Positions 19,721 to 28,536 of a stretch of DNA of 64,000 nt are shown piece by piece (position 1 is the stretch's first letter; every line of letters begins with the position of its first letter). The translations under genes were made by a program, and so were the position numbers. The notes under the pieces are model-generated. The model was not told the DNA's origin. It saw only the letters and a program-made list of their open reading frames with translations, and ran no database searches. The stretch lies in NCBI GenBank assembly GCA_044374295.1, contig JBILOU010000003.1:7988-71987 (forward strand), read 5' to 3'. Source of the DNA: Flavobacteriales bacterium. Its GTDB lineage: Bacteria; Bacteroidota; Bacteroidia; Flavobacteriales_D; Sanyastnellaceae.

Positions 19721-20962
19721 ATGAAAAGTATTTTCAAAATAAATGTCCTAGTTGCTGCCTTGGTTTTAACAACCTCTGCCTCCTTCGCACAACTGACAAA
19801 TCCGAATGAGTTGAATGGTCGTCAAGCTACCATTAACACCATTACTACAGCCGTACCATTTTTAACCATTGCACCTGACTCTCGCAGCGGTGCGCTTGGA
19901 GACGCTGGTGTGGCGCTTGATCCAGACGCTAGCAGTATTCATTGGAATCCATCAAAAATGGCATTCTCTGAAAATGATTTAGACGTTTCTGTTTCTTACT
20001 CGCCATGGCTTCGTGCTTTGGTCAACGACATGAGTTTAACCTATTTGAGCGCGATTAAAAAGTTGAGCAAAACCCAAGCATTAGGCGGATCTCTTCGCTA
20101 TTTCACTTTAGGAAATATTACCTTTACCGATGAAGTAGGAACTAATATTATGGACTTCCGTCCTGCTGAATTCGCACTTGATCTTGCCTACTCTCAAAAG
20201 CTTTCTAAAAAATTCTCAGGAGGTATTGCGCTTCGCTATATCAACTCAAATCTAACCGGCAGAACAAACTTGCAAGGTGCTGAAAGTCGCCCTGGACAAT
20301 CGGTTGCGGTTGACATTTCCACCTTCTATACAAATGACAAGATTAAAATAGCGGGTCGTAAGGCCAAAATGAATTGGGGTTTAAATATCTCAAACATTGG
20401 CGCCAAGATGAGTTACACGAACTCAGATAATCGTGATTTCATTCCGACCAACTTGCGTTTGGGGACTGCAATATCTTCAAACCTTGACGACTACAATAAG
20501 TTAACCTTCTTATTTGATTTGAATAAGCTTCTCGTTCCATCACCTCCTATCTATAACAACGGTGGTGATACGATTATTTCTGGATACAATCCGGAAGTTG
20601 GAACCGCTACGGGAATGATCCAATCTTTCTATGACGCTCCTGGTATTTATGACCCAGAAACTTTGTCAATTGTTCCAGGAAGTAAGTTCCGTGAAGAGCT
20701 TCGCGAGTACAATATTGCTACTGGATTTGAATACGACTTCGCACAACAATTCGCTATTCGCTTAGGATATTTCCACGAGCATTACACCAAAGGAAATCGC
20801 CAATTCATTACGTTCGGTGCAGGATTGCACTATCAAGTACTCACGATCGACATGAGTTACTTGGTGAGTACGACACAACAAAATCCATTAGCAAACACTT
20901 TGCGTTTTAGCCTTCGCTTCAGCGTTGGTGCGAATGCAAAAGTTTCTGATCCTGTAGAATAA
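19721..20962 (+). CDS. porV: Type IX secretion outer-membrane shuttle protein PorV (LptO)
   Basis: INTITTAVPFLTIAPDSRSGALGDAGVA...WNPSK is the PorV signature. I prefer the start at MKSIFKINVLV (19721); the alternative ATG is at 19697. Confidence 0.85.
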   Translation: MKSIFKINVLVAALVLTTSASFAQLTNPNELNGRQATINTITTAVPFLTIAPDSRSGALGDAGVALDPDASSIHWNPSKMAFSENDLDVSVSYSPWLRALVNDMSLTYLSAIKKLSKTQALGGSLRYFTLGNITFTDEVGTNIMDFRPAEFALDLAYSQKLSKKFSGGIALRYINSNLTGRTNLQGAESRPGQSVAVDISTFYTNDKIKIAGRKAKMNWGLNISNIGAKMSYTNSDNRDFIPTNLRLGTAISSNLDDYNKLTFLFDLNKLLVPSPPIYNNGGDTIISGYNPEVGTATGMIQSFYDAPGIYDPETLSIVPGSKFREELREYNIATGFEYDFAQQFAIRLGYFHEHYTKGNRQFITFGAGLHYQVLTIDMSYLVSTTQQNPLANTLRFSLRFSVGANAKVSDPVE

Positions 20963-21441
20963 TGAAGATTCGCGTAGGGTTCGGATACGACGTCCATCAG
21001 TTAACTGAGAATCGTGAACTGTGGTTAGGAGGCGTTCAAATTCCTCATGACAAAGGAGCGTTAGGACACAGCGATGCCGATGTTCTTTTACACGCTATTT
21101 GCGATGCGTTATTGGGCGCAGCAGGAAAACGTGATATCGGATTTTATTTTCCAGATACTTCTTCGGAATTCAAAAACATTGATTCAAAAATTCTTCTTCA
21201 ACGTACCATTCAAGTATTGAAAGACGACGGATGGAAAGTTGGAAACATTGATTCTACGCTGTGTATGGAACGTCCGAAAATTATGTCGTTCGTTCCTGAA
21301 ATGAAGAAAGTCATTTCTTCCATTTGCGAAATTGAAGAAGAAGATGTGAGCATTAAGGCTACCACTTCAGAGAAGATGGGTTTTGTTGGAAGAGAAGAAG
21401 GCGTGAACGCTTATGCGGTTGCGCTGATTCAAAAAGACTAA
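20962..21441 (+). CDS. ispF: 2-C-methyl-D-erythritol 2,4-cyclodiphosphate synthase
   Basis: RVGFGYDVH.L.......LGGV.I.H..G..GHSDADVLLHAI.DALLGA. TAATG stop/start overlap with porV. Confidence 0.9.
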   Translation: MKIRVGFGYDVHQLTENRELWLGGVQIPHDKGALGHSDADVLLHAICDALLGAAGKRDIGFYFPDTSSEFKNIDSKILLQRTIQVLKDDGWKVGNIDSTLCMERPKIMSFVPEMKKVISSICEIEEEDVSIKATTSEKMGFVGREEGVNAYAVALIQKD

Positions 21442-22451
21442 GCCCAAACTTTTGTTCCTTCGGAACAATTCTTACAGATATCTATTTCCTTTCTTCCTTT
21501 TAAGAGTTGCTTGCGGAACATTGCATACGCTTTACCCTTCCAAATAGATTTAAAATCTTCCTTTGAAAGATTGCCCATTTCATGCGTAGCATCTTTATCG
21601 AAACAACACGGGACCACCTTTCCGTCCCAAGTGACCACTGCCCCACTCCACATGCGCCAGCAGTGATTGTCTAACGAAGATTTCACAATGAACTTTCCAC
21701 TCGAAAGACGCTTATAACGACTGTATTTTTCTATGGTTGGAATGAGTGGGTTGCCGTTCTCGTAATCGTACACCTGCGCTGTCTTAAATCGAATTTCATC
21801 GACTTTGTATTCATTCGCCAATTGCTTTGCTTCTTCAATCTGATGTTCGTTCGGGCGGACCACCAAAAACTGAAAAATGATATGCGGAGTTCTTGAATTT
21901 AGATTTTTTCTTGCTTCAACCAAATGCTTGGTGCCGTCTAACACCTTCTGCAACGAGCCGTGCACGCGGTATTGCTCGTACACCTCTTGCGTTGTTCCAT
22001 CAATTGAAATTAAAATTCGATCTAATCCCGACTGAACAATTTCCTGTGCTTTTTTCTCAGTGATGAAATGTGCGTTCGTGGAAGTGGAAGTATAAATACC
22101 TGCTTGCGAAGCCTTCGAAATGAATTGTAAAATATCGTTGTGAATGAAGGGCTCTCCTTGAAAATAGAAATTCAGATAACTTAATGTTGGGGACAATTGA
22201 TCGAGCCAACGATTGAAATTTTCAGCCTTTAAATTTCCTGTGTCGCGCGAGAATTGTTTCAATCCGGAAGGGCATTCAGGACATCCGAGGTTACACGCAG
22301 TGGTTGGTTCAATGCTCAACGAAATGGGCATTCCCCAGGGCTTTGCCGATTTGAAGAAACGCGAAAAATAAAAACCTATATAAACAAGCAAAGCGTTTAT
22401 TAAACGCTTTGCTGTTATTGTTTTTTGAATGAATCGAAGGAATTCCTTCAT
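21438..22451 (-). CDS. Membrane-anchored radical SAM protein with a SPASM-type C-terminal Cys cluster
   Basis: N-terminal hydrophobic helix (LINALLVYIGFYF), the CxxxCxxC motif (TACNLGCPEC), and C-terminal CW..W....V.WDG.VVPCCFD......GN....CKNC. Confidence 0.75.
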   Translation of the reverse strand: MKEFLRFIQKTITAKRLINALLVYIGFYFSRFFKSAKPWGMPISLSIEPTTACNLGCPECPSGLKQFSRDTGNLKAENFNRWLDQLSPTLSYLNFYFQGEPFIHNDILQFISKASQAGIYTSTSTNAHFITEKKAQEIVQSGLDRILISIDGTTQEVYEQYRVHGSLQKVLDGTKHLVEARKNLNSRTPHIIFQFLVVRPNEHQIEEAKQLANEYKVDEIRFKTAQVYDYENGNPLIPTIEKYSRYKRLSSGKFIVKSSLDNHCWRMWSGAVVTWDGKVVPCCFDKDATHEMGNLSKEDFKSIWKGKAYAMFRKQLLKGRKEIDICKNCSEGTKVWA

Positions 22452-22457
22452 TCCATT

Positions 22458-25400
22458 TTAGAATTTACCTTGACTCTTTCTAACGTTCGACAATGAGTCG
22501 AACTTCTCTTGTCCGAGCACTTTGATTAACGAATCACGTACTTTCATCTGCGCTTCGTAAGCTTCTTTCTTTCCGCGTTCTTCTTTCATTAATTCAAGAA
22601 GTCCAACGTTTTCTAATGCTGCTTCGTGCGCCGCGCGCATGTTCTTCGCCGCCTCTGAGCCAGGAACAAATGCTTCCATGTCTTTCACCAACTCTTCGTT
22701 AACGAAGGCACTCATTTGCATTTTGCGCTCAATGGTTTTCTGCTCAGCCTTGGTAAGCGATTCGTAATAATCGAGCATTTGATTGTTCAATGCGAATACG
22801 CGCTCGGCCAATTTCGTAGCGGTTTGAAGATCACCAGCTTTGAATAACAACTCTGCTGTTTGCCACATGATTTGTGGTTGATCGTATGGCGCGTTCTTTT
22901 CAGGAAGAGCCGTTAACGACTTGTTCAACACAGCCGCTGCTTTGTCCATTTTGTTTTCAATGATGAACTGCTCAGCAAGGTTGTTCATTTGCATGCGCAA
23001 GTTGGTCACCATGCGGCGGTTGTTCTCATCGAGGTAGATGTCTTTCGTATCGATATTTCCCCATTGGAATTTATTCATTACGTTGTCGTACATCAACTCA
23101 GAAGCTACACCACCCGCCATGTTATCGCGATCGAAATCGGTGTGGTAAATCGGTGTTAATCTGTAAGCCAATCCTTCCAACTGGAAGTAAGGCTCTAGAC
23201 CCATATAAGCCTCAGAACCGGTTGTTACAGCGAAGTAGATTGGACGTTCCCAGTTATTGTGAACGATTAAGTCCATAACCATCAACTGTGCTTTGGTAAT
23301 GAACTGACGTGGGTTCTCACCGTCGTCATCCATCAATGCAAAGCTCATAGTGCTTACCAATGAATCGTTGACTCCAACATACTGACTGAACTTCGCTTGG
23401 TTCTCTTTTGATACAGCATACGAGAACTGATAGTTCGGCATTACGCTGAATTTCTTGTAACCGAAATCTTGAATTTTCGCGTCGTCTAAACAGTAAGCCA
23501 ATGCTTCTTCCAATGGCGTTAGTGCAGTGTCTGAATTCAACACAATCAAATCGCGGGTACCTTGACGGTATTTGAATTCTGGAATTGAGAACGGCACTGG
23601 AGCGCTTTCGTATTGACGACGTTTCATTTGATCGATGTACCAATCGGTATTCAATAAAGAGAGATTCACCACGCGAACATCGGTACGAACACCTTCTACT
23701 TCTTGTGCATACCACAATGGGAAGGTGTCGTTATCACCGTTGGTGAAGATGATGGCATTTGGTTGAAGTGAATTCAAGTAGTTTCTCGCCATATCAATTC
23801 CTGTTCTGCGATCTGAACGGTCGTGATCGTCCCAACCTTGCGCTGCCATTAAAACCGGAGCAACAAGAGAAACTAAGAATGCAATACCTGCCAATGCCGT
23901 TGACGGAACATTCTTCAACATTAACTTCAACCAGAAGTATATGGCTGTTACGCCCAATCCAATCCAAATAGCGAAGGCGTAGAACGAACCCGCATATGCG
24001 TAGTCGCGTTCACGCGGTTGAAGTGGAGTTTGGTTCAAGTAAACCACAATTGCGAATCCGGTTAAAACGAAAAGCAATCCAACAACAATGAAGTCGTTTC
24101 TGTGACGAAGCAATTGATACACTAAACCAAGTAATCCGATCAAAAGCGGAATCATGTAATACGAGTTGTTCGCCTTGTTGTTCTTCGATAATTCTGGAAC
24201 TGCTTCTTGATTACCTAAGCGCGCTTCGTCGTAGAAGCCGATACCTGTCTTCCAGTTTCCGTCTACGAAATCTCCGTGTCCTTGGGTATCGTTCTGTCTT
24301 CCAGCGAAATTCCACATAAAGTATCTCCAGTACATCCAATTCACTTGGTAACTGAAGAAATAGCCCATATTCTCACCGAAGGTTGGGGTGCGCTTTAAGT
24401 CTTTCAGTTCCGCCCAAATTTTGTATTGTTGAACGTGACTTCCTTGACTGCTGTACATACGTGGGAACACATGTGTTTGCGCATAGTTTGGTTCAGTTGC
24501 TTTCTTCTCGCCTGTTTCCAAATACTCTTCCTTCACCATTAATTTCTGATCGGTGTTGTTGGAAACGTATTGCTCGGCTTCGAATCTATTCTTGAATGAA
24601 ATCACCAACTTATTTTTGTTGTTGTCTTCACGGACGCTGTATGATTTTACGTACACTTCATTTCCATCTAAATACGGCTTGTTACGCACTTGAGGCGTGT
24701 TGAAGTATTGTCCGCGAAGAAGAGGACGATCACCGTACTGCTCACGATTCATGTATGACACCAAAGCGAAGAAGTTGTTCGGTTTGTTCTCGTTCATTGG
24801 CGTGTCGGCCTGTGAACGAATAACGATTGTCGCAAAAGTGGTGTAACCAATCAATGCAACAGCAACGCTCCAAGTAAGCGTGTTCACTGCTACCCATCCG
24901 CGTTTCTTCGAATAGATAATTAAAGCGACCAGACCGCCAATAAGAATCAATGCATAGAAGAATACACCTGTGTTGAAGGGCATTCCAAGTGTGTTCGTGA
25001 AGAAACGCTCAAACCATGCTGCAATTTGAATAGACCAAATAAGGATAACGGTTTGCATAAGGAACAAGAGTCCTAAAGCAACTCCCGAAGTAATGGCAAC
25101 TCCTTTCCAAGAGAAGGTGTTCTTCTTGAAATAATAAACAAAACAGATTGCAGGAATAGCCAACAAGTTCAATAAGTGAACGCCGATTGACAATCCCATG
25201 AGGTACGCAATTAAGATGATCCAACGCAAGTTGCTCGGCTCATCTGCCTCACTTTCCCATTTCAATATTGCCCAGAAAACAACAGCAGTGAACAACGAAG
25301 ACATCGCGTATACCTCTCCTTCAACAGCACTGAACCAAAACGTATCGCTGAATGTGTAAGCAAATGCGCCGATTAAACCGGCTGCAAAAATGATTAGGTT

Positions 25401-25742
25401 CTTGTTGTCGTTTTTATCTCCGTCTTTGTCCACCATTTTCTTCGCGAGGTGCGTGATGGTCCAGAAAAGGAACATGATGGTTGCTCCTGAAGAAACGGCT
25501 GAAAGTGAATTGATCGCATAAGGAACATTTTCTACTCCAACGAATGCAGAAAACAAGCGTGCAATAAGCATGAACAAAGGCGCCCCTGGAGGGTGACCAA
25601 CTTCCAGTTTATAAGCAGAAGCAATGAACTCACCACAATCCCAGAAAGGCATTGTTGGTTCGAGGGTCATCATGTACACAGCGGTTGCTGCCAAAAACAT
25701 GAACCAACCTAAAATAATGTTTGCACGTTGAAACGAAATCAT
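22458..25742 (-). CDS. DUF2723 (TMEM260-like, GT-C fold) polytopic membrane protein, putative glycosyltransferase
   Basis: 1094 aa. The N-terminus TLEPT.PFWDCGEFIASAYKLEVGHPPGAPLF is the DUF2723 signature. It has many TM helices and a long helical C-terminal region. Confidence 0.75.
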   Translation of the reverse strand: MISFQRANIILGWFMFLAATAVYMMTLEPTMPFWDCGEFIASAYKLEVGHPPGAPLFMLIARLFSAFVGVENVPYAINSLSAVSSGATIMFLFWTITHLAKKMVDKDGDKNDNKNLIIFAAGLIGAFAYTFSDTFWFSAVEGEVYAMSSLFTAVVFWAILKWESEADEPSNLRWIILIAYLMGLSIGVHLLNLLAIPAICFVYYFKKNTFSWKGVAITSGVALGLLFLMQTVILIWSIQIAAWFERFFTNTLGMPFNTGVFFYALILIGGLVALIIYSKKRGWVAVNTLTWSVAVALIGYTTFATIVIRSQADTPMNENKPNNFFALVSYMNREQYGDRPLLRGQYFNTPQVRNKPYLDGNEVYVKSYSVREDNNKNKLVISFKNRFEAEQYVSNNTDQKLMVKEEYLETGEKKATEPNYAQTHVFPRMYSSQGSHVQQYKIWAELKDLKRTPTFGENMGYFFSYQVNWMYWRYFMWNFAGRQNDTQGHGDFVDGNWKTGIGFYDEARLGNQEAVPELSKNNKANNSYYMIPLLIGLLGLVYQLLRHRNDFIVVGLLFVLTGFAIVVYLNQTPLQPRERDYAYAGSFYAFAIWIGLGVTAIYFWLKLMLKNVPSTALAGIAFLVSLVAPVLMAAQGWDDHDRSDRRTGIDMARNYLNSLQPNAIIFTNGDNDTFPLWYAQEVEGVRTDVRVVNLSLLNTDWYIDQMKRRQYESAPVPFSIPEFKYRQGTRDLIVLNSDTALTPLEEALAYCLDDAKIQDFGYKKFSVMPNYQFSYAVSKENQAKFSQYVGVNDSLVSTMSFALMDDDGENPRQFITKAQLMVMDLIVHNNWERPIYFAVTTGSEAYMGLEPYFQLEGLAYRLTPIYHTDFDRDNMAGGVASELMYDNVMNKFQWGNIDTKDIYLDENNRRMVTNLRMQMNNLAEQFIIENKMDKAAAVLNKSLTALPEKNAPYDQPQIMWQTAELLFKAGDLQTATKLAERVFALNNQMLDYYESLTKAEQKTIERKMQMSAFVNEELVKDMEAFVPGSEAAKNMRAAHEAALENVGLLELMKEERGKKEAYEAQMKVRDSLIKVLGQEKFDSLSNVRKSQGKF

Positions 25743-25778
25743 ATTCTTAATTTGAAGTGAGGCGAAGATACATTTTTT

Positions 25779-26177
25779 TTAGACGCGTTCTTGACACAAT
25801 TCCACCAAAACTGAATTGCTACTTTTCGGATGAAGAAAGGCAATGAGTTTGTTGTCTGCGCCTTCTTTCGGAGCCTCGTGAATCATGGTGAAACCCTCGG
25901 ATTTCAAGCGTTCTATTTCAGCATAAATGTCTTGAACTTCGAAGGCAATGTGGTGCATTCCTTCCTTGTTCTTTTCGAGGAATTTTGCAATGGCGCTATC
26001 CGGTGAAGTGGCTTGAAGTAATTCTATTTTCGACTCTCCAACTTGGAAGAACGAAGTGATGACATTCTCCGATTCAACGCGCTCTTCTTTGTAGGGCTTG
26101 ACGCCAAGTAAGGCGGAAAAAATTTCGTTCGAAGCAGCAATGTCTTTCACTGCGATGCCAATGTGTTCAATTTTCAT
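25779..26177 (-). CDS. mce: Methylmalonyl-CoA epimerase (VOC/glyoxalase fold)
   Basis: MKIEHIGIAVKDI..S...F..LLG.....E.V.......SFF..GESKIELL......S.IAKFLEK...G.HHIAF.V.DI. Confidence 0.85.
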   Translation of the reverse strand: MKIEHIGIAVKDIAASNEIFSALLGVKPYKEERVESENVITSFFQVGESKIELLQATSPDSAIAKFLEKNKEGMHHIAFEVQDIYAEIERLKSEGFTMIHEAPKEGADNKLIAFLHPKSSNSVLVELCQERV

Positions 26178-26184
26178 AAAACAA

Positions 26185-26622
26185 TTAATTATACAAATGA
26201 AGGTATCCGGTTACCGGGTTGTAATCGGCGTTGTATTGAAGCAGATTGTAGTTTGCTGGACCGTTGATTAAACTACCATCGGATAGCAACCACTTACTTC
26301 CTGAACAAGTATCAGAGATTGTTACGTTGTCTGTGTTCACTTGCACATAGCAGGGATTATCGGGATTGTGGGTGCTTCGTGCATCGAAGACAGAAAACAC
26401 ATCCAGGTCGTTTCTGTAAATAATGAGATCAACTGTATTCCCGTCGTAATACACCCATCCCGTTGGAACAGTTAAGTCGAAAAACGCGGGTTCGAAAATA
26501 TTTACGTTGATTGAAAACGCAATTTCATTGAGCATTTGACTTCGATCTGTGCAAGAATGCATAGGGACGAACAAAAGGCTCAAGAATAAAAACCCGGCGA
26601 TGAACTTCTTCAACTTATCCAT
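26185..26622 (-). CDS. Lipoprotein with a Rieske-like fold signature but degenerate cluster ligands
   Basis: Lipobox VPMHSC. The segment DARSTH...(19 aa)...DTCSGSKWLLSDGSLINGPANYNLLQY parallels Rieske box I (C-x-H) and box II (CPCHGSxF...G....GPA...L..Y), but 3 of the 4 ligands are replaced. Confidence 0.4.
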   Translation of the reverse strand: MDKLKKFIAGFLFLSLLFVPMHSCTDRSQMLNEIAFSINVNIFEPAFFDLTVPTGWVYYDGNTVDLIIYRNDLDVFSVFDARSTHNPDNPCYVQVNTDNVTISDTCSGSKWLLSDGSLINGPANYNLLQYNADYNPVTGYLHLYN

Positions 26623-27265
26623 TCAAAATATTTTTTTTCGATTCGGTTGGAACAAATTCCTTCATGTAGAAAGGCTCTATTTGCGCCATGTGTTCTTCAA
26701 ATTTAGATGAAGAATTGGGTAAAAGTCCTACAAAATGTTTCGCGCTTGGAGAGACTGCTTTCACTTGATCTTCCTTTCCCAACAAATCATTCATTTTAAA
26801 CGCAGCATCTCCCACAAAAATTGCCTTTTCAATTCCGAGATTGGCTCGCCATTCTTCATTCAGCGTAGCGAATGACCAACTTCCATTTGAATAAACATAG
26901 GCATCGTTTCTTCGTGCATCGATTAAAGCGACCGGGGTAAAACCGTTTTCACTTCCAACCGAATTAACCAAAAGTTCTCCTGTTGTAATGGGTACCATTC
27001 CAATGTTCAAGGCGTACGCTAATCCCTTAGCTGCGGTGACTCCGATGCGTAAACCGGTGTATGAACCTGGACCAATTCCAACTGCGATTCCAGTTAAATC
27101 ACTTGGCTTCAGATTGTTTCGATCAAGAATGTCTTTCATCATTTGGTGCAGTGCTTCCGCATGAACGAATTCATTCTCTTCGCGTTCAAAAAGATCGACA
27201 AGAACATTGTCTTTGATGAGTGCGACACTGCAATTCCGCGTAGCGGTTTCCAAACACAAATACAT
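26615..27265 (-). CDS. tsaB: tRNA N6-threonylcarbamoyladenosine biosynthesis protein TsaB
   Basis: LCLETATRNCSVAL and GIAVGIGPGSYTGLRIGVTAAKGLA motifs. Confidence 0.85.
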   Translation of the reverse strand: MYLCLETATRNCSVALIKDNVLVDLFEREENEFVHAEALHQMMKDILDRNNLKPSDLTGIAVGIGPGSYTGLRIGVTAAKGLAYALNIGMVPITTGELLVNSVGSENGFTPVALIDARRNDAYVYSNGSWSFATLNEEWRANLGIEKAIFVGDAAFKMNDLLGKEDQVKAVSPSAKHFVGLLPNSSSKFEEHMAQIEPFYMKEFVPTESKKNILNG

Positions 27266-28536
27266 TATTTCTTCTCCTCAAGCTTAATCTTATCTCCGTT
27301 TGAAAGTTCTTTCGACAAGAGTTCATACGGCCCTGTCACAATTTCTTCTCCTTCGTTCAATCCGTTTGTTATCTGAATAAATGTTCCGTCTTGAATTCCA
27401 GTTTGGACTTGTTTCATCTCAACCGTGTTGTCGGCTTTCTTCACGAAAACAACGGTTAATGAAATATTATTTTGAAGTGAATCTGCACGTGTGGTCACAG
27501 CAGCTGTAGTCACTGAAAGTGCTTGACTGGCCTCGTTTGTGTGAATTTTCACTGTGGCACTCATACCTGGCTTGAAGGGAGAATTGTTCTCTGAATTTCC
27601 ACTGACATCTGCATACGATTCTTTCACAATTTTCACCTTCACCGAAAAGTTAGTCACTTGCTCTGTGCTTGCTGCAAGACCTTGTCCTGAATTCAAGGCG
27701 GAAGAACCGACTTCAGTAACTACGCCTTTGAAAACTTGATCGCTGAAAGCGTCAATTTCCACATCAGCGGTATCGCCTACTTGCACGTGAACAATATCGG
27801 TTTCATTGACTTCCAAGTCTATTTCCATTTCATTCAAAACAGAAACCTTCATGATCACATCTCCGCTCATCATGTTGTTTCCAAGCACAGTTTCACCGAG
27901 TTCTTTGGCAAGAGCGGTGACCGTTCCTGAAATAGGCGCAACAATGGTAGTTCTTCTTAAGTTTTCTTGCGCTTCGCTCTTTCCAGCGTCTGCGCTTGCT
28001 ATGGAAAAGTTTGCACTGTGTACGCTCTCTTCAGCGGCTTCAACCTCTGCCACTGCTGTTTCTAAAGCACTGCTTGCGTTGTCGTATTCGGCTTGTGAGA
28101 TTGCCTTTTGCTCGATTAATTTTGAAAGTCGCACAAGGGTTGTTTCTTGCAAACGCTTTTGTGCTTTCGCTTGCGTTAATCGTGCTTTCGCGCTAGACAA
28201 ATTGCTTTTCGCAGTGTTCAATGCGGCTTCTGCCCGACTAAGTGCCGAGACATAAAGATCAGGATTGATGCGCACGAGCAATTGTCCTTTCTGAACGAAG
28301 TCTCCTTCTTTCACAGGTAGTTCAACAATTTGTCCGGAAACTTCCGATTGAATTTTCACTTCGACTGAAGGTTGAACTTTTCCGCTTGCGGCCACTACTT
28401 CGCTCAAATTTCTCTTTTCAGATTTTCCCAGTGTAACCACTTTCGCATCACCAGAACCGAATACCATTGGCAATACAATAGCAGCAATAATCACAACGAT
28501 TATTGAAATCCAGATCCATCTTTTTTTGTTTTTCAT
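27265..28536 (-). CDS. Efflux transporter periplasmic adaptor subunit (HlyD/MacA-like membrane fusion protein)
   Basis: N-terminal TM anchor, a lipoyl-like segment (VSGQIVELPVKEGDFVQKGQLLVRI), a long Ala-rich coiled-coil hairpin, then beta-barrel segments. Confidence 0.8.
   Translation of the reverse strand: MKNKKRWIWISIIVVIIAAIVLPMVFGSGDAKVVTLGKSEKRNLSEVVAASGKVQPSVEVKIQSEVSGQIVELPVKEGDFVQKGQLLVRINPDLYVSALSRAEAALNTAKSNLSSAKARLTQAKAQKRLQETTLVRLSKLIEQKAISQAEYDNASSALETAVAEVEAAEESVHSANFSIASADAGKSEAQENLRRTTIVAPISGTVTALAKELGETVLGNNMMSGDVIMKVSVLNEMEIDLEVNETDIVHVQVGDTADVEIDAFSDQVFKGVVTEVGSSALNSGQGLAASTEQVTNFSVKVKIVKESYADVSGNSENNSPFKPGMSATVKIHTNEASQALSVTTAAVTTRADSLQNNISLTVVFVKKADNTVEMKQVQTGIQDGTFIQITNGLNEGEEIVTGPYELLSKELSNGDKIKLEEKK

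Noticed and set aside
23326-23715. 129-aa same-strand alternative-frame ORF inside the DUF2723 gene.
   Set aside because: It is Arg/Ser-rich out-of-frame sequence with no motifs. I see no frameshift signal, and the main frame is continuous.
27806-28255. 149-aa plus-strand ORF (with 27996..28196 and others) opposite the efflux adaptor gene.
   Set aside because: It is Ala/Ser/Leu-rich low-complexity sequence, the mirror image of the adaptor's Ala-rich coiled coil. It has no start context or motifs, and the minus-strand gene has clear family signatures.
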